A stretch of DNA of 64,000 nt from the human T2T-CHM13v2.0 reference genome, Homo sapiens. Made by a program: the position numbers and the translations under genes. Below the pieces are notes generated by a model. The model was given only the letters and a program-made list of their open reading frames with translations, did no database searches and was not told the DNA's origin. Of this stretch, positions 61,352 to 64,000 are shown one piece after another; position 1 is the first letter of the stretch, and every line of letters starts with the position of its first letter. Location of the stretch: NCBI RefSeq assembly GCF_009914755.1, contig NC_060938.1; one strand, given 5' to 3'.

Positions 61352-61783
61352 TGAACACCCTGTTTTTTAAGAAGAGTAAGATAGGGTAGAGTTTAAAAGA
61401 CTAAATAAAGAAAAAAAAAGAAAAGAAAGAAGGAAAAAACCAACTTGAACACTCTTGAACATCAGGGATGGGGCTACCCCCACCTGGCGCTGCTTGTTAT
61501 GTAAATGACTCTCACCCGAGGAGGCCGGCAGATGCACCTGGCAGCTGGCTTGATCTTCCCTGAGAATGAAACCTGCTTTAGGTCTGAGTCTGAGTTATTG
61601 AATTTTGGGGTCTCTGAGGAGATTGACACCTTTAGCTTCACCCCAAGACTGCTAGCTCCTCCGCGTCCCCAAGTAGAGGGTGGGCAGCTGGGCATCTTGG
61701 GAACTGGGGCATTGTTTACACCCCAGGCTGGAATTGCTAAGAGTTTGTGGATCTGTGAGAAATGACTTCGCTCACTGGGCTGG

Positions 61784-62005
61784 GCCTTGCCAGTTGCCTG
61801 TGGTTCACCAGTTGCCCGCGGCTCACCAGTTGCCCGCGACTCACCAGGTGCCTGCGGCTCACCAGTTGCCTGTGGCTCACCAGCTGCCCGTGGCTCACCA
61901 GCTGCCCGTGGCTTACAGTTGCCCGAGGCTCACAGTTGCCCATGGCTTGCTAATTGCCAGCGATTTGCCAATTGCGAGTGGTTCGCCAGTTGCCCGCGGT
62001 CCGCT
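61784..62005 (+). repeat. 18-bp tandem array C, ~12 units (GG(C/T)TC(A/G)CCAGTTGCCCGC); the main IG-DMR repeat
   Basis: Units start at 61784, 61802, 61820, 61838, 61856, 61874, 61892, 61910, 61927, 61944, 61962, 61980 (two units are 17 bp). Confidence 0.95.
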
Positions 62006-63641
62006 AAACCCGTAATCCTGTGGTACTGTAACTGGCCACAATGGACTCGCCCTTTAGGCTTCCCGGCCCTCTTTTGCCCAAATGCAGTTCTCAGCAGTGC
62101 AGTTCACTGTGATTCACCACAATTCGCCATGGTTTGTGATTTCATGGGTCTTGGTGATTCTCAGACCACAGGTTATCTACGGTCCTCAGGCAACTTCCTG
62201 CTTGCCCATTTGGAGGAAAGCTGCTGCCAAATTGCTCCAGGCTTGTGTCCTGCACCTCCCCCATCCGAAACTCTACATTTCAAGAGAAATGGAATCTTGA
62301 TGCTTAGGCAACCCTCCCCCAATGCTCTTGGTTACAATGAATTAGCCAGAACTCAGCCCAAGGAATCCCTGCTGGAGGCCAATGGTGGGGGATGGTGGAG
62401 ACAGAAGTGGGAAGGGCGGCACCTCCCATGCCCAGGTCCGCTTCTGCGCTCTCTGAGCTGTTTGAGCAGAGGTGGTGGAGACTGGGGGTCCTATCATTGA
62501 GGACTAGGTGGGTGTGGTACTTCTGCAGGCGCAACCCTGAGCTATCATAAACTGCAGCCCCAGCCTCATTCTCATTCCAACACACAAGAGCGCGCCATGG
62601 CCACACGCACACTCACACGTATAACGCACATGCACACTTTTGTCTGGAGCAGCTCCATCGCCATGAGATACATATTGATTGTTTCCTGGATCAAAAGGTG
62701 CAGGGGCTCAAGCTGTGTGTTGTCTGAGGAGGAGAATGAGTTATTCCTGTTCCCCGCCACTGGACAGAACTGTGGATCTTGCTTTTCCAAAGGGGAGAGC
62801 AGCAAGGCTGTCAGGAGACAGAAGAGGCTGGGAAGACCCGAGCTCACTGGGCAGAGGACCCCTTGGTTCTGTGGCCCCTGAAGCAACTGTCTCAGTGGGA
62901 TGAGGTTTTTGGGACAGTGGTGTCTCTCTCGGGGAGAAGTCATAGCTTGAAGAATTCTCCTCCGCCCTTGACTTGCCCTACCTTCCCTGAGCTCTTTGTC
63001 ATCTTGTTTGTGTCAAAAAGGGTGGATCTTGTCCTCTGTTTGAAGCAAGAAAAGGAAGTATCTGAGTGGTTAGCCCTGAGGGAGCCTTTTCCTTTTGACC
63101 TTTGACATTTGATCTGTTGCCAGTGATGGCAGGAGAGAGATGACGCTACAGGACCCGGCATGGCAGGGCCCCGGTGCTGGGCCTACTTGTCCTCTTAATG
63201 TCTCCTTCTCAAGCTGGTCACTTCCCTTGGGGCAGTGGAAGGAGGAGAATGACCTGGATGGCCAGATTGGCACTATCTCAGTGCTCCCATACAGAGCTGG
63301 GGCAAGTCTCTGGGCCTCTGTAAACCTCTCTTGAGGCATCTGTAAAAGTGGAGGATGGAAGCTCTGTTGGGGAGGATTTGGTAGTAAAAATAAATTTTAA
63401 GAGGAGTCCCGAACTAGTAGCACAGGGAACCCTAAAGAGCCCTGCTCTCCACTGGATGGAGAGCTGGCTCTTCCCAGGTCCCAGGAGGCAACACCGACTT
63501 TGCTGAGTCCCAAGCCTATCATGGGCTTTCCCACCCAGCCTGGGGCAAGGAGTGGAATACGCTTAGCCCAGGCAATGGATGGAAGCAAACTCCCCCAAGG
63601 AAGGTGGTATTAGTCTCCCTGGCCATTCCCAGTTGGAGTTG

Positions 63642-64000
63642 ATTTGTTCCTTTAAGAAGGGGAAGGATTCTCGAGCACTGGAGTTTTCAGGTCCCCTCCC
63701 AGTCTTGAAAGTTTGCAAATGACTCTGTTTTGCGGGAGGGCTGAGGCTGAAGTCCTGTCCATCTCTATCCTCTGACTCTGAGGACTGAAGACTGGGCTTT
63801 AGGATCTCTGGGTCTTGAGGAGGCTTGGCACCTGCAGAATCCACTCCAAGACTGCCTGAAGCCTCTCGAGCACTTCTTGCCAGCCACATGTACTCTTTGA
63901 GCAAATGAAAAGGGGACTTGGGGATGTAAACTTTCAAGACTGGGAGGGGACCTGAAAACTCCAGTGCTCGAGAATCCTTCCCCTTCTTAAAGGAACAAAT
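63642..64000. repeat. Perfect inverted repeat, arms >=73 bp (63642-63714 and 63928-64000), 213-bp spacer
   Basis: atttgttcctttaagaaggggaaggattctcgagcactggagttttcaggtcccctcccagtcttgaaagttt is the exact reverse complement of the last 73 bases of the window. Confidence 0.97.

Noticed and set aside
61474-61493. CTCF-like ccccacctggcgctg
   Set aside because: Only a partial match to the core motif; cannot be supported without a PWM scan or ChIP data.
61680-62500. ORFs with hexapeptide repeats (GSPVAR, HQLPVA)
   Set aside because: Translations of the 18-bp IG-DMR array; no evidence of coding function.

Overview
Primate (almost certainly human) non-coding genomic DNA with no credible protein-coding gene; roughly half is interspersed repeat. 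Two independent landmarks identify it as the imprinted DLK1-MEG3 intergenic region (human 14q32.2), + strand running DLK1 to MEG3. (1) 42480-42680 matches, from memory, the sheep callipyge (CLPG) control element, with the wild-type A in GGGACCACCTGTC at 42521. (2) About 59.4-62.2 kb carries the 18-bp GGTTCGCCAGTTGCCCGC-type tandem repeats of the IG-DMR imprinting control region, including sites matching the commonly used CG4/CG6 bisulfite primers as I recall them. Neither DLK1 nor the canonical MEG3 exons are in the window. Layout: 1-17.4 kb is two ancient ERVL proviral remnants, one with both LTRs and many nested insertions; 17.4-43.7 kb is GC-rich, mostly unique DNA with several candidate enhancers; 43.9-53.6 kb is an Alu-riddled old L1; 56.9-58.3 kb is an Alu cluster; 58.4-64 kb is the IG-DMR region. 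The most interesting observations are that the IG-DMR appears built from 3-5 degenerate ~1-kb higher-order units (three carrying their own 18-bp array), a perfect >=73-bp inverted repeat at the window end, and a short templated insertion at 15.6 kb. Locus identity and repeat subfamily names come from recalled consensus sequences, not from a search.
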